DNA of 64,000 bases from the human T2T-CHM13v2.0 reference genome, Homo sapiens. Both the position numbers and the translations under genes were made by a program. The stretch is taken from NCBI RefSeq assembly GCF_009914755.1, contig NC_060932.1; one strand, given 5' to 3'. Shown one piece after another: positions 1-14,690 of this stretch (its first letter is position 1; each line of letters starts with the position of its first letter). The notes beneath the pieces are model-generated. The model was not told where the DNA came from, did no database searches, and saw only the letters and a program-made list of their open reading frames with translations.

Positions 1-647
1 AGAACTTGCCCAGCTTAGTCCCTATGACCCATCTATAGGTGAAAATATTTCCCTACAAAACCTGCACTATAAAATTGAAAGGGATAACAGTTCCACCAGA
101 TGTACAGACACCAAAACAAAAACACAAGAAACATGAAAAAGCTAGAGTACATTATACCACAAAAATAGCCCACAATAAATATTTAGTAATTGACCCTCCT
201 AAAATGAAAATTTATGAATTACCTGAAAACGAATTCATAATAATGATCTTAACGAAACTCAGTGAGATACAAGAGAATACAGATAGATAATTCAATGAAA
301 TCAGGAAAAAATCCATGATCTGAAAGATAAATTTGAACAAAGAGATATATCATAAAATAAGAACCAAATAGAAATCTTGGGGTTGAAGAATTCAATGAAT
401 AACATTTTTTAAAAACGCAATTGAGAAATTCAACAGCAGATTAGATCAAGCAGAAGAAATAATCTCTGCATTTGAAGAAAGGTTTTTTAAAATAACCCAT
501 TCATAGCGGGAAAATAACAAAATAATATAAAAGAGTGAACAAAACCTATATGACTTACGGGACATCACTAAGTAAATAAGTTTTGCATTATGGGAATTCA
601 GATGAAGATGATTGGAGAACATCACAGAAAGTTTATTTAAAAAAGTA

Positions 648-935
648 GGCCAGGCACAGTGGCTCAGGCTTGTAATCTCAGCACTTTTGGAGCCAAAGCA
701 TGCAGGTCACTTGAGGTCAGGAGTTCAAGACTAGCCCGGCCAACATGATGTAACCCTGTCTCTACTAAAAATACAAAAATTAGCCAGGCATGGTAATGCA
801 TGCCTGTAATCCCAGCCACTCAGGAGGCTGAAGCAGGAGGATTGCTCGAACCTGTATGGGAGAGGTTGCAGTGAGCCGAGATCATGCCACTGCACTCCAT
901 CCTGGGCTACAGAGCAAGACCCTGTCTCAAAAAAT
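648..935 (+). mobile_element. Alu (old AluS/AluJ-type)
   Basis: GGCCAGGCACAGTGGCTCA start, dimeric body, A tail. Degenerate flanking duplication aaagtttatttaaaaaagta / aaagctatttaacaaagta. Confidence 0.95.
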
Positions 936-1758
936 TTTTTTAAAAAGCTATTTAACAAAGTAATTGCTGAAAACTTTCCAACTCTTAGGAGAGTTATGGA
1001 TATTCAGATCCATAAAGATCAAAGGTACCCAAACAGATTCAGCCCAGAAGGATCCTCACCTAGGCATACTATAATTAAAATGTCAAAAGTGAAAGACACA
1101 GAGAATTTTAAAAGCAATAAGAAAAACATGTCAATTGACAAAGAAATAAACCACTATTATACTAGCAGGAGATTTCTCAGCAGAAATCTTGCAGGACGGG
1201 AAAGAATAGGATAATATAGTCAAAGCGCCAAAACCTGTCGTTCAAGAATATGATACCCAACAAAGCTGTGCTTCAGAAATGAAGGAGAAATCAAGACTTT
1301 CCCAGACAAGTAAAAGCTGAGGAAATTCACCATAGGGCGTGCCTTACAAGAAATGCTTAAGAAAATTCTTCAACCATAAGTGAATGGACAATGATAACTA
1401 TCATGAAGAAATGTGAAGGTAAAAACTCAGTAGTAAAGGTAAATCACAGTCAATTTCAGAATACTTTATAACTGTAATGGTGGTATATACATCTTTCAAA
1501 TCTCTACTCTGAAGGCTAAAATTTCAAATGGTCAAAAATAACTAAAACAACAATAAGTTGTTAGGGAATACATAATGCAAAAATATCTAAATTGACAGAG
1601 CAAAATATAAATTGTGGGGGAGGGTTAAAGGCTAGAGTATTCATAAGAGACTGCAGTTGTCAGCTTAAAATAGTCTATTATAAGATTTTTTATGTAAGTC
1701 TCATGGTAACCACAAAGCAAAAAAACTACAGCAGATACACAAGCAAGAAAGAGAAAGA

Positions 1759-2105
<347 letters not shown>

Positions 2106-4221
2106 TTACCAAGCCACAGAGATAGGCAACAAGAGAGGAAGAAAGGAATAAAGATTTACAAAACAAGCAGAAAACAATTAACAAAAATGGAAGGAGTAAA
2201 TAATTATTTACCAGTAATAACTTTGAATGAAATGGATTAAACTCTCCAATAAAAAATAGTGTCTGAATGAATTAAAAACAAGATCCAATTATATACTGTT
2301 TACAAGAGTCCCATTTTAGCTTTATGTACACACATAGGCTGAAAGTAAATGAATGAAAAAGATATTCCATGCAAACAGTAATCAAATAAGAGCAGGAGTG
2401 ACTATACTTGTATCAGATAAAATAGATTTCAAGACAAAATCTGTTTGGAAAAACAAAGACAGTCATTACTTAGTTACAAAGAGGTCAAATCAGAAAAAGG
2501 ACATAACAATTATAAATATATATGTACCTCATAAATGGAACACCTAAATATATGAAGCAAATATTAATGGACGTGAAGGAAGAAATAGACAGCTATACAA
2601 TAATAGTAGAGGATTTTAATTCCTCACTTTTAACAGTGGAGAGATCAACCAGACATGATATTAGTGAGGAAATACTGGAATTAAACTGCACTTTTGCTCA
2701 AATAGACCTAACATGTAGGACATTCATTTCAACAGCAGCAGACTACACATAATTCTCCAATGCACATGGAACATTATCCAGGAGAGACCATGTGTTAGAC
2801 CACAAAACAAGTCTTAACAAATTCAAGAATAATAAAATTATATCTAGTATTGTTTCCAACCATAATGGTATGAAAGTAGAAATCAATAACAAGAAGAATT
2901 TTGGAAAACTCACAAATATGTGGAAATTAAACAACATGCTCCTGAACAACCAATGGGTCACAGAGGAAATCAAAAGGGTAATTATAAAAGTTTTGAGACA
3001 AATGACAATGGAAATACAGCAGATCAAAACCTTTGACTTACAGCAAAAGCACTACTAAGATGGAAGTTGATAGCAATAAATGCCTATGTTACAAAAGAAG
3101 AATGATCCCAAATAAATAGCCTAATATTATGCCTCAAGGAGTTAGAAAATAAGAACAAACTAAACCCAAAGTTAGCAGTCAGAGGGAAATAACAAATATT
3201 GGAATAGAAATAAATCACATTGAGCATAGAAAAGTCATAGAGAATATCAATAATATTGATATTATTGGTTCTTTGAAAAAATAAAATCAACAAACACTGA
3301 GACTGAGAAAAAAAAAGAGAAAAGGCACAAATAAAATAAAATGGAGACATTGAAACAGACACTTCAAAAATAATAAATGTAGTCCCTTGTGCCAATAAAT
3401 TGGGTAATCTAAAGAAAAATTTCAAAAGATGGCTGACTGAATGCAGCCAGGTGGAGCAGCAGTGATTGAGGGTCTGGAACAACTGGCACACTCCTAACTG
3501 ATCTTCAGGGGGAAGGCCCTGAGAGCAGACAGAGGGAAGACACAGAAACTAGGCTGAAGGGGGAGAAAGCTGGAAAACTTGCATGGGGCTAACATGCATT
3601 GGGGTTCATTCCTGGTGCCTAGTGACTGTGAAGGAATGGGTGCATTGCACTGGCAAGGAACAACTTGCTCTTGCTATGGTCCTCTGGAATTCTAATAGGA
3701 GGAGAGCCTTCAACCACCACAGACACTTGAGTTGGCAGGGAAAGCTACTTAGAAAAGTAGTAGAGACAGCAATCAAGTTGAAGTGAAGCCCAGAGGATTT
3801 GCTGCAGAAGCGTCTGTAGTGGAGCAGAGCCAGGGATGGCCATCCCCCAAGGTTCAACTTGCTTCCAGAAAACTTTAGCCCGAGAGGAAGAGTTAGAGTT
3901 AAACTCTGCAGTGCAGTCTTGCCTATCAGATGGGATCAGTGTGATCTGAGCTCTGCTTGGTCTCCTGGCCTCTCCTGGGGCCCCACCCTGGCCACACCTG
4001 CATGCAGTGCAGTCTTGGGTTCTCTAGAGGCCTGCATGACACCTCCTGCACTGGTGGACTGTGCTTGACCAGTACAGAGCTCCAACAGAGTGAGCTCCAG
4101 GGACATGCACCAGCCCACCCGCTTCCTCCTCCCACTGTGGCTTCCTCCAGGCCCACAGCCACCACCCACATCTCTTGGCTGGCATGTGTATGTACAGGTG
4201 GATTTTGCCTTCCCTGCCCCG

Positions 4222-4224
<3 letters not shown>

Positions 4225-4270
<46 letters not shown>
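4225..4270. repeat. (GT)23 microsatellite in the L1 5' UTR
   Basis: Pure GT run seen directly. Confidence 0.98.
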
Positions 4271-4273
<3 letters not shown>

Positions 4274-5515
4274 TGCACCATGCCCTGCTCTGCTGCTGGC
4301 ATGAGTGCAATCCACCCTCTCACTGTAAAGCCATTGCAGTGGGAGCCTTAGCAGGCACAGAGCCTCTCAGTGCCACCCACATCAGTGCCCAGCCCCTGAG
4401 CCAACATTGCTGTTGAAGTAAAACTATGTATGGAGAACAGTAGACCCTCCACCAGCCTGAGTGGCCAGCTATACCTGCGTGATACGCACGGAGGGTGCAC
4501 ACTGTCCTGTACCTCCCAGCGCTCGCCCATGTGCTAACACCACTACCAGTGCAACTGCACACCCAGTCACCACTTCCCAGCTGGGCTTCCTCCGCTGCTC
4601 CTGTGAATGCCTACACAGAGGCCAGAACCCTGGCACCTGCTAGCACCCTGCCGCTGCCAACAAGCATTCACCCCACTGCACTGCCACTGCCACTTCTGCT
4701 GGCAAGTGCAAACAAGGATGAATCCCACTGCCACTGCCCTACAAAACACTTTGGCTGGCACAACCCATCAGAGTGTTGTGACCAGCATCCAGGAACACCT
4801 TGGCCTCCCCAGCACAGGAGGTTGCTAGCCTCGAGGAACCAGAGAACAAAGGGCTGAATACCACTCCCCCAGTTAGAGAGCACAGTCAAGGTATTAGAAA
4901 CTGAGCCTTGACCCCCTAAAATCTTCCAAAAATGAAGCCAGTAGACTGAACCTACCTTATACCACAATCAAACCCTCAGGGTCATCAAATAGGATTTTTT
5001 TTAAAAAATGTCCAAACCATGGCAACTTCAAAGATTGAAGGAACAATCAGCCCACAAAGATGAGAAAAAAACAGAGCAAGAATTCTGACAACTCAAAAAC
5101 CAGAGTGCCTTCTTTCCTCCAAATGATTGCGCTAGCTCTCCAGCAAGGTTTCTGAACCAGGCTGAGATGCCTGAAATAACAGAAATAAAATTCAGAATAT
5201 GAATAGGAATGAAGATCATCAAGATGCAGGAATATGCTGAAACCCAATCCAAGGAAGCTAAGAATCAAAATAAAACAATACAGGAACTGACAGACAAAAT
5301 AGCCAGTATAGAGAGGAATATAACTGACATGAAAAAAAATACACTCCAAGAATTTCATAATGCAATCACAAGTATTAATAGCAGAATAGACCAAGCTGAG
5401 GAAAGAATGTTAGAGCTTGAAGACTGGCTTTCTGAAATAAGACAGTCAGACAAGAATAGAGAAAAAGGAATGAAAAGGAACAAGCAGACCCTCTGAAACA
5501 TATAAGCTTATGTAA

Positions 5516-5898
<383 letters not shown>

Positions 5899-8800
5899 TG
5901 CAAAACATATTTCAGGATATCATCCATGAGTACTTCCCCAATCTAGCTGGAGAGGCCAGCATTCAAATTCAGGAAATGCAGAGAACTCCAGAAAGATACT
6001 TCACAAAAAGTTCATCCCCAGGACACATAATCATCAGATTCTCTAAAGTTGAAATGAAAGAAAAAATGTTAAAGGCAGCTAGAGAGAAAGGTCAGGACAC
6101 CTACAAAGGTAAGCCCATCAGACTAACAGTGGACCTGTCAGCAGAAACTCTACAAGATTGTGGCTCAATATTCAACATTCTTAAGGAAAAGAAATTTCAA
6201 CTAATAATTTCATGTCCAGCCAAACTAAGCTTCATAAGTGAAGGATAAATTAGATTCTTTTCATACAAGCAAATAAATACTGAGGGGATTTGTTACCACC
6301 AGACCTGCCTTATAAGAGCTCCTAAAGAAATCACTAGATTTGGGAAGAAAAGACCGTTAACAGCCATGACACAAACGAACCTAAGTACACAGACCAATGA
6401 CACTATAAAGCATCCACACAAACAATTCCACATAGAAATGACAAAGGGAATATTACACCTGACCCCACAGAAATAAAAATAAATATCAGAGAATATTGTT
6501 AATTATTCTATGCACACAAACTGAAAAATCTAGAAATTCCTGGACACATACACCCTCCAAAGACTGAACCAGGAAGAAATGGAATCCCTAAACAGACCAA
6601 TAACAAGCTCCCAAATTGAATCAGTAATAAATAGCCTACCAACCAACAAAAGCCCAGGACCACACAGACTCAGAGCTGAATTCTACCAGATGTACCAAAA
6701 GGATTTGGTACCATTTCTGCTGAAACTATCCCAAAGACATAAGGATAAGGGACTCCTCCCTAATTAATTCTATGAGGGTAGCATCATCTTGATACCAAAA
6801 CCTGGCAGAGACACAATAAAAAAAGAAAACTTCAGGCCAATATCCTCAATAAACATCAATGCAAAAATCTTCAACAAAATACTGGAAAACTGAATCCAGC
6901 AGCAAATCGAAAAGCTTATCCACCATAATCAAGTAGCCTTTATCTCTGGGATGCAAGGTTGGTTCAACATATGCAAATCAATAAATATGAATCATCACAT
7001 AAACAGAACTAAAGAAAAAAATCACATGATTATCAATAAATGCAGAAAAGGCTTTCGATAAAATTCAACACCACTTCATGTAAAAAAAAACCTCTCAATA
7101 AACCAGGTATTGAAGGAACATACCCAAAATAATGAGTCATCTATCGCAAACCTGCAGCTGACATCATACTGAATGGGCAAAAGCTGGAAGCATTCTCCTC
7201 AAAAATCAGCATACGACAAGGATGCCCTGTCTCACCACTCCTGTTCAATATAGTATTGGAAGTCCTGGCCAGAGCAATCAGGCAAGAGAAAGAAATAAAG
7301 GGCATCCAAATAGGAAGAGAGGGAGTCAAACTATCTCTGTTTCCAGATAATATAATTCTATATCGAGAAAACCCCAAAGTCTTGGCCCAAAAGTTTCTCA
7401 AGTTGCTAAACAACTTCAGTGAAGTCTCACGATACAAATTCCATGTGCAAAAGTCACCAGTATTTCTACACACCAACAACAGTCAAGCTGAGAGCCAAAT
7501 CAGGAACACGATTCCATTCACAATTGCCACAAAAAGAATAAAATACCTAGGAATACAACTAACCAGGGAGGTGAAAGATCTCTACAATAAGAACTACAAA
7601 ATGCTCTTCAAAGAAATCAGAGGTGACACAAACAAATGGAAAAACATTCCATGTTCACGGATAGGAAGAATGAATATATTTAAAATGTACATACTGCCCA
7701 AAGAAATTTATAGATTCAACACTTGTTCCCATCAAACTACAAATGAAATTCTTCACAGAACTAGAAAAAGCTTTAAAATTCATATAAAACCAAAAAACAA
7801 AAAGCCTGAATAGCCAAGGCAATCCTAAGCAAAAAGAATAAACCTGGAGGCATCATGCTACCTGACTTCAAACTATACTACAGGGCTACAATAACCAAAA
7901 CAGCATGGTACTGGTACAAAACGGTCACATAGACCAATGGAACAAACTAGAGAGTACAGAAATAAGGCCGTTCACTTACAACCATCTGATCTTTGACAAA
8001 GCTGACAAAAACAAGCAAGAGGGAAAAGATTTCCTGCTCAATAAATGTTGCTGGGATAACTGGTTAGCCATATGCAGAAGATTGAAACTGGAGCTTTTCC
8101 TTATGCAATATACAAAAATCAACTCAAGGTAGATTTAAGACTTAACTATAAAATCCAAAACTATGAAAACTCTGGAAGACAACCTAGGCAATAACATTCT
8201 GGACATAAGAACAGGCAAAAATTTCATGACAAAGATGCCAAAAGCAATTGCAACAAAAGCAAAAATTGACAAATGGCGTCTAATTAAACTAAAGAGCTTC
8301 TGCACAGCAAAAGATAGTATAAAAAGAATAAACATACAGTCTACAAAATGGGAAAAAGTTTTTGCAAACTATGCATCTGACAAGATGCATCCAGCATCTA
8401 TAAGGATCTTAAACAAATCTACAAGAAAAATAATCCCATTAAAAAGTGGGCAAATGACAGGAATAGACACTTTTCAAAAGAGAACATACATGTGGCCAAC
8501 ATGCATATAATAAAAAAGCTCAACATCACTGATTATTAAAAAATGCAAATTAAAACCACAATGAGATACCTTCTCTCACCAGTCAGAATGGATATTACTA
8601 AAAAGTCAGAAAATAACAGTTGCTGGTGAGATTGCAGAGAAAAGGGAATGCCTATACACTGTTGGTGGGAGTGTAAACTAGTTCAACCATTGAGAAAAGC
8701 AGTGTGGTGATTCCTCAAAGGCCTAAAAACAGAACTACCAATACTGGGTATATACTCAAAAGAATATAAACCATTCTGTCATAAAGACACATGTGCATAT

Positions 8801-9384
8801 TCATTGCAACACTATTCACAAATGCAAAGACATGGAATCAACCTAAATGCCCACCAATGGTAGAATGGATAAAGAAATGTGGTACAAATACACTATGGAA
8901 TACTATGCAGCCATAAAAAGGAATGAGATCATGTCATTTGTAGGAGCATGGATGGAGCTGGAGGCCATTATCTTTAGTGAATTAATGCAGGAACAGAAAA
9001 CCAAATACCACATGTTCCCACTTGTAAGTGGGAGCTAAATGATGAGAACACATGGACACATAGAAGGGAACAACAGACACTGGGGACTACCTGGTTGTGA
9101 GAGATAGGAGGAAGGAGAGGATCAGGAAAAAGAACTAATGGATACTAGGATTAATACCTGGGTGACAAAATTGTCTGTACAAGAAACCCCCCTGACACAA
9201 GTTTACCTATATAACAAACCTGCATACGTACGCTGGAACTTAATATAGAAGTTAAAAAAATAAATAAAAGAAAAAGAAAACCAAAAAACTCAAGGGGTAA
9301 AAATTGAGTATTATATAATCCCAGAGTGACTGCAACAACACCATAGGTGAAAAAATATTTTTTTAAGATTTATAGATATGATAT

Positions 9385-10180
9385 TAGTCATCTGGAAATG
9401 TGATGCAAAACCACAATGAGATACTACTTCACACACACTAAGATGGCTATATATTTTTTTTAAATGAGAAAATGACAGGTGTTAAGATTTGGAGAAACTG
9501 GAATTGTCACATATTGATAGTAAGAAAGTAAAATGGTACAGCCATTTTGGAAAACAGTGTGAAGTGTCTCAAAAAGTTAAACATTGGTTACCACTTAATC
9601 TGGCAATTCCACTCCTAGGTATGTACCCAAGAAAAATAAAAACATATGTTCACCCAAAAACTGGCATACAAATATGTATGGCAACATAAACATAAAAGGG
9701 GTAAACAATCCAAAAGTCCATCAGCTGATAAATGATTAAACAAAATATGATAGCCCATACCATTGAATATTATTCAGCCATAAAAAGGAATTCAGTACTT
9801 ATACATGCTACAAACATGGATGAACCCAAAAACATTATGCTGTTAATGTTTTATTAACATTATTAACATTATACTAATAAATGAAAGAAGCCAATCACAA
9901 AAGACCTAATATTATATGATTCTTTTTATATCAAATGCCCAATATAGACAAATCTACAGAGACAAAAAGTGGATTAGTGGTTGCTGAGGGTTGGAGGAGA
10001 TGCGGAAATTGATGGGTGATACCTAAGTGGTATAATTTCTTTTTTGAGATAATGAAAATGTTCTAAAATTGATTGTGGTGATAGTTGCACAAGTCTGTGA
10101 ATATACTAAAAATTATCAAATTGTGCATTTTAAATGTGAGAATTGTTTGGTATTTGAATTATATCCTAGTAAAGCTATTC
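9385..10180 (+). mobile_element. L1MB-type (L1MB4-8-like) 3' fragment
   Basis: End of ORF2 (caaaaccacaatgagatactac) and L1MB-type 3' UTR gataatgaaaatgttctaaaattgattgtggtgatagttgcacaagtctgtgaatatactaaa...gaattatatcctagtaaagct. Confidence 0.8.
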
Positions 10181-10190
10181 CCCCACAAAG

Positions 10191-13165
10191 AGAAAAATTT
10201 GTAGGATAAATTTTCTATGATTGATTTCTAGAAAAATGTAAACTATCAAGGTTGAATCAGGAAAAATAGAAAGCTCAAACAGACCAAAAACTTTCCAACA
10301 GAGAAAAGCCAGGGCCCAAATGGCTTCACAGATTAGTCCTACCAAACATTCGAAAAGGAATTATTACTAATGCTTCTTAAATTCTTCAGAAAAATACAGC
10401 TAGAGAGAATACTTTCAAACAAGTTTTACAAAGCAAGTATTGTCTTGAAACCTAAGCCAGACAATGACACCACAAGGAAAGAAAGCTATGGGCCAATATC
10501 TCTAATGAACATAGATGCAAAAAATTATCAATAAAATATTTGCAAACAAAAAATTATACATCACTACCAACTGGGATTTATTTCTGGCATGCAAGACAAT
10601 CAATGTGATATAATACATTAATAGAATGTGAAAAACCACACAATCATCTCAATGCAGAAAAAACATTTAACAAAGTTCGGCAACTTTTCTTGATAAAAAC
10701 TCTTAACAGTTAAGGTATAGAAGAAAAGTTATTTGACATAATAAAGTTTATTTATGAACAGCCCATATCTAACATCATAATGAATTAGTAACAACTGAAA
10801 GCTTTTCAATTAAGATCAGGTACAAGGCAGGGATGTCGACTCTTAACACTTCTATTTAACATAGTACTGGAAGTACTAGCAAGAGAAATCAGACAAAGGA
10901 AAAAGAAGGAAGGGAGGGAGGGAGGGGAAGGAGGGAGAGAGAAAAGAGAAAGGAAGGAAGGAAGGAAAGAAGGAAGGAAGGAAGGAAGGAAGGAAGGAAG
11001 GAAGGAAGGAAGAAGGAAGCATCCAAAATGGAAAGAAAGACATAAAATTACATCTATTTGCAGATGACATAATCCTATATAGAGAAAACCCAATGATTTT
11101 ATAAGTAAAAATAAAACTTATTAGAATTAATAAATGAATTCAACAAAGTTGCAGAATACATAATCAACATACAAAATCAGCATTATTTCAACATACACAT
11201 TACAGTCTACCTAAAAAAGAAATTAAGAAAATAATTTATTTACAATAGCATCAAAAAAATAAAATATTAGGAATAAATTTAACCAAGAAGGTGAGACTTG
11301 TATACTGAAAATAATAAAACAATGATGAAAAAATTGAAGACAAATAAATGGAAAGCTGTCCCATGCTCATGGATCAAAAGAATTAATATTATTAAAATGT
11401 CTATATTGGTCAAAGTAATACACAATCCCTCTCAGATGATAGCGACTATGTCACATAAAATTTAATCCCTATTAGATGCAATCCTTATCTAATTTCCAAT
11501 GGCATTCTTCACAGAAATAGAAAAAAAAATCCTAAAATTTGCAAGGAACATAAAAAAACTGAATAGACAAAGCAACACTGAAAGAAAATTTAAAGGCATC
11601 ACATTTCCTGATTTAAGATTATGTTACTAGGCTATAGTAATTGAAACAGCATGGTACTTGCACAAAAAAAGAAACATAGGCCAATAGAATAAAATAGTGA
11701 GCCCAGAAAAAAGGTCAAACATATATAGTCAACTGTATTCAACAAGATCACCAAGGGGACACAGTGAGGAAAGGATAGTCTCTTCCGTAAATGGTACTGG
11801 GAAAACTGGATTTTTACATGCAAAGGAATAAAATTGAACCTTTATCTATACCATACACAAAAATCAACTTAAAATGGATAAAATACCAAAATGTAAGACC
11901 TGAAATCATAACATTCCTAGAAAAGAACAAGGGAAAATTTCCTGGACATGGATCTTGCAATGATTTTTTGTAAATCACACCAAAAGCTCAGGCCATAAAA
12001 ACAGAAATAAACAGCTCTAATTACATCAAACTAAAAAGTTTCTGCACAGCAAAGGAAACATTCAACAAAATGAAAAGGCAACATTTAATTGGGAAAAATA
12101 TTTGCAAATTATATATTTGATAAGAGATTAATACCTAAAATTTATAAATAATTCTTTACAACTCTATAGCAGAAAAACAAATAACCCAATTAAAAAATTG
12201 GCAAAAGATCTGAACAGATATTTTTTCAAAGAAGACAGAAAAATGTTCAACAGGTACATGCAAAGGTGTTCAATGTCACTAATCATGAGGGAAATGCAAA
12301 TTAAAACCACTATATCACCTCACACCCATTAGGATTGCTATTACCAAAAAGACAAGAGATAACAAACGTTGGTGAGGGTATAGAGAAAAGGGAACCCTTG
12401 TACACTGTTGGTAGGAATGTAGATTGGTAGAGCCATTATAGAAAACAGTATGGAGGTTCCTAAATAAATTAAAAATAGAACTACAATACGACCTAGGAAT
12501 CTCTCTTCTGGGTATGGAAATTAAATCATTACCTCACAAATATATCTGAAGTACCATATTAATTGCAGTATTGTTCACAATAGTCAAGACATGGAAACAA
12601 TCTAAGAGCCTATTGGACAAATTGATTTAAAAATGTGTTTTATATATACACAATGAAATATTATTCAGCCTTAAAGAAGGAGATTCTGCTATTTACCACA
12701 ACATGGATGGACCTGGAGGACATTATACAAAGTTAAATAAGCCAGACCCAAAAAGAAAACTATTGCATGATCCCACTTATATGTGGAACCTAAAAAAAAA
12801 AAGAGAAAGATATAAAGAAAGAAAGGTCAAATACACAGAAACAGAGGATAAAACAGTGGTTAAGTGATTAGCAAGGTCAGGGTGAGAGACAAGAAATGGG
12901 GAGATGTAGGCCAGCAAATACAAAGTAGCAGATATGTGTGATGAACAAGTCCAGAGATCTAATGAATAACATGAGGACTATAGTTACTAAAATTGTATTA
13001 ATGATTTTTGTTAAATGAACAGATTTTAGCTGCTCTCATCACAAAATCATAACTGAAAAAGATATGTTAATTTGCTTCAGTATATGAACCATTTTACTAT
13101 CTATATGTATGCCGTAGCATCATGTTGTGAACCTCGAATATACATATTAAGATTTATTTTTAAAA
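10191..13165 (+). mobile_element. Old L1MA-type host, 3' part (ORF2 RT region to 3' UTR), continuing the element at 1-3422
   Basis: ORF2 resumes where the 5' part stopped (gggtaatctaaagaaaa | ggataaatt...ctagaaaaatg). RT motif tttgcagatgacataatc at ~11057. L1MA6-8-like 3' UTR gtagcagatatgtgtgatgaacaagtccagagatctaatg. Confidence 0.85.
10905..11019 (+). repeat. Polypurine (GGAA)n/(GGGA)n microsatellite
   Basis: 10 consecutive GGAA at 10972-11011 plus further GGAA, GGGA and GA runs. Confidence 0.97.
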
Positions 13166-14084
13166 TACATAATAAAACCAAGACAAAATATTTGGAGTCT
13201 TTATACTTGTCAGAGTCAAAGTACCATAGGGAAGCCTCCTGCATTGGGTTTTGCTAAAATGGTTTAAGATCACCCGATACAATTGCAAGGTTGTCTTTTA
13301 CTTTGGCCCCACAAAGAATCCATAGCATACTGTCCTCTAGCCTTCCAGAATAGCACTTCAGAGGGACACTGATCTCTGAACCAGACCTTTCCTTCTATTA
13401 AACTGCCTTCTGCTCATTTTTCATATAAATATCTCATCAGAAAGTAACTCCCCCATTCACCATTTTAGGAGCAAAGAAAGTTATTTTAAGTGAAAATGGT
13501 GGTTAAGTGGTAAATTTTGTTAATGATTCTGGAATCAGCGTCTACTGTTCACTGCTGGAGCACAATCACGCAATTGTACCCAGACCAAAAGATGCCCCCA
13601 GGTCCAAAAACCAAAAATGTGGAATGACCGATCATTGAGAGAGAACCAGAACTTCATTTCTTGGGGTTCACCTTCCTCACTACAGGTTTGGGCAAATCAT
13701 TTAGCTTTGAACACACCTGCTCAATGCACATGCTTCCCCTCATTCATTCTTTTGTCTTCATTCATTATTCACCAGCTGCTTTTTTGAGTGTCAGTGAAAT
13801 TAATCTCCAAGAAAGGAGTTTACTATAAAAAAAAATTCCCTTTTTCACTCCCCAGCACCTCCTGCCACTAGAAGTTCTGAAAGGCTTTCTTACTGTTGCT
13901 AAATGTATGATTTAGCCAACTTCTCTCCAGAATTTGTTTTCTTCATATTTAGTAAAAGGGCATCTAGTTGTTCTCAGTTTGGATGGAGACAAAAATCTCA
14001 TTAGAGCATACTTTAAGAAACCCCTTCTAATTATACACTATATAACTGTGGCCCTTGAGAAAGAGATAGAAAAAGGGATCCTTT

Positions 14085-14690
14085 TGAAATGTGACTCAGT
14101 TTAGGTCCCCCCTCAACTCAGAACCTTCCAGCAGCTCTCCATCTCTCAGAGGACAGCCACTTTCTTCCTACAACCAAGGAGGCACAGTGGATGGGCAGCT
14201 GCCAGTGCCTCACCTGTGTCCACAACCACTCTCAGTTCTCTCTGCTCTTTTCTCTTCCCCAATAGTCCAGGTACCTTCCTGCCTCCAGGCCTGTGCCCCT
14301 GCTCCCTTTTCTCTGCCTCTAATGCTTTCTCCTCAGATTGTGATGTGACTAGCTTGCTCCAACATTTCTTTCAAGTCCTTATTCAAAAGGTAGCTTTGCA
14401 AAAGAGTTAGCCTCTTCTGGCTACCCTATGTAATATTTAATCCCTGATCATGAAACTTCATATAATTTTCCCTGTATTGTTTTCCTTACAACTTATTATC
14501 TAGCAAACTGTACATTTTATTTATTTGTCTTGTTTACTTCTTTTTTCTTTCCTAGAAAAAGTAAGTTTCATGAAGGCAGAGATTTTTCCCTGTTTTTTTT
14601 TTTTCACCCTTATATCCTAAGCACCTGGAATGGTATCTTAGTAAACATTACTAACCACATAATGGGAGCTTAGTAAATATTTGTTGTTAA
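14085..14690 (+). mobile_element. L2 (L2a-like) 3' fragment
   Basis: ccaggtaccttcctgcctccaggcctgtg, then gtaagtttcatgaaggcagagattt..tatatcctaagcacctggaa..taaatatttgttg, matching the L2 3' end. Confidence 0.7.

Noticed and set aside
3583-4967. Dense cluster of overlapping ORFs of 60-129 aa on both strands
   Set aside because: These lie in the GC-richer L1PA 5' UTR and the (GT)n run, which gives HTHT and CVCV peptides. Low stop density explains them.
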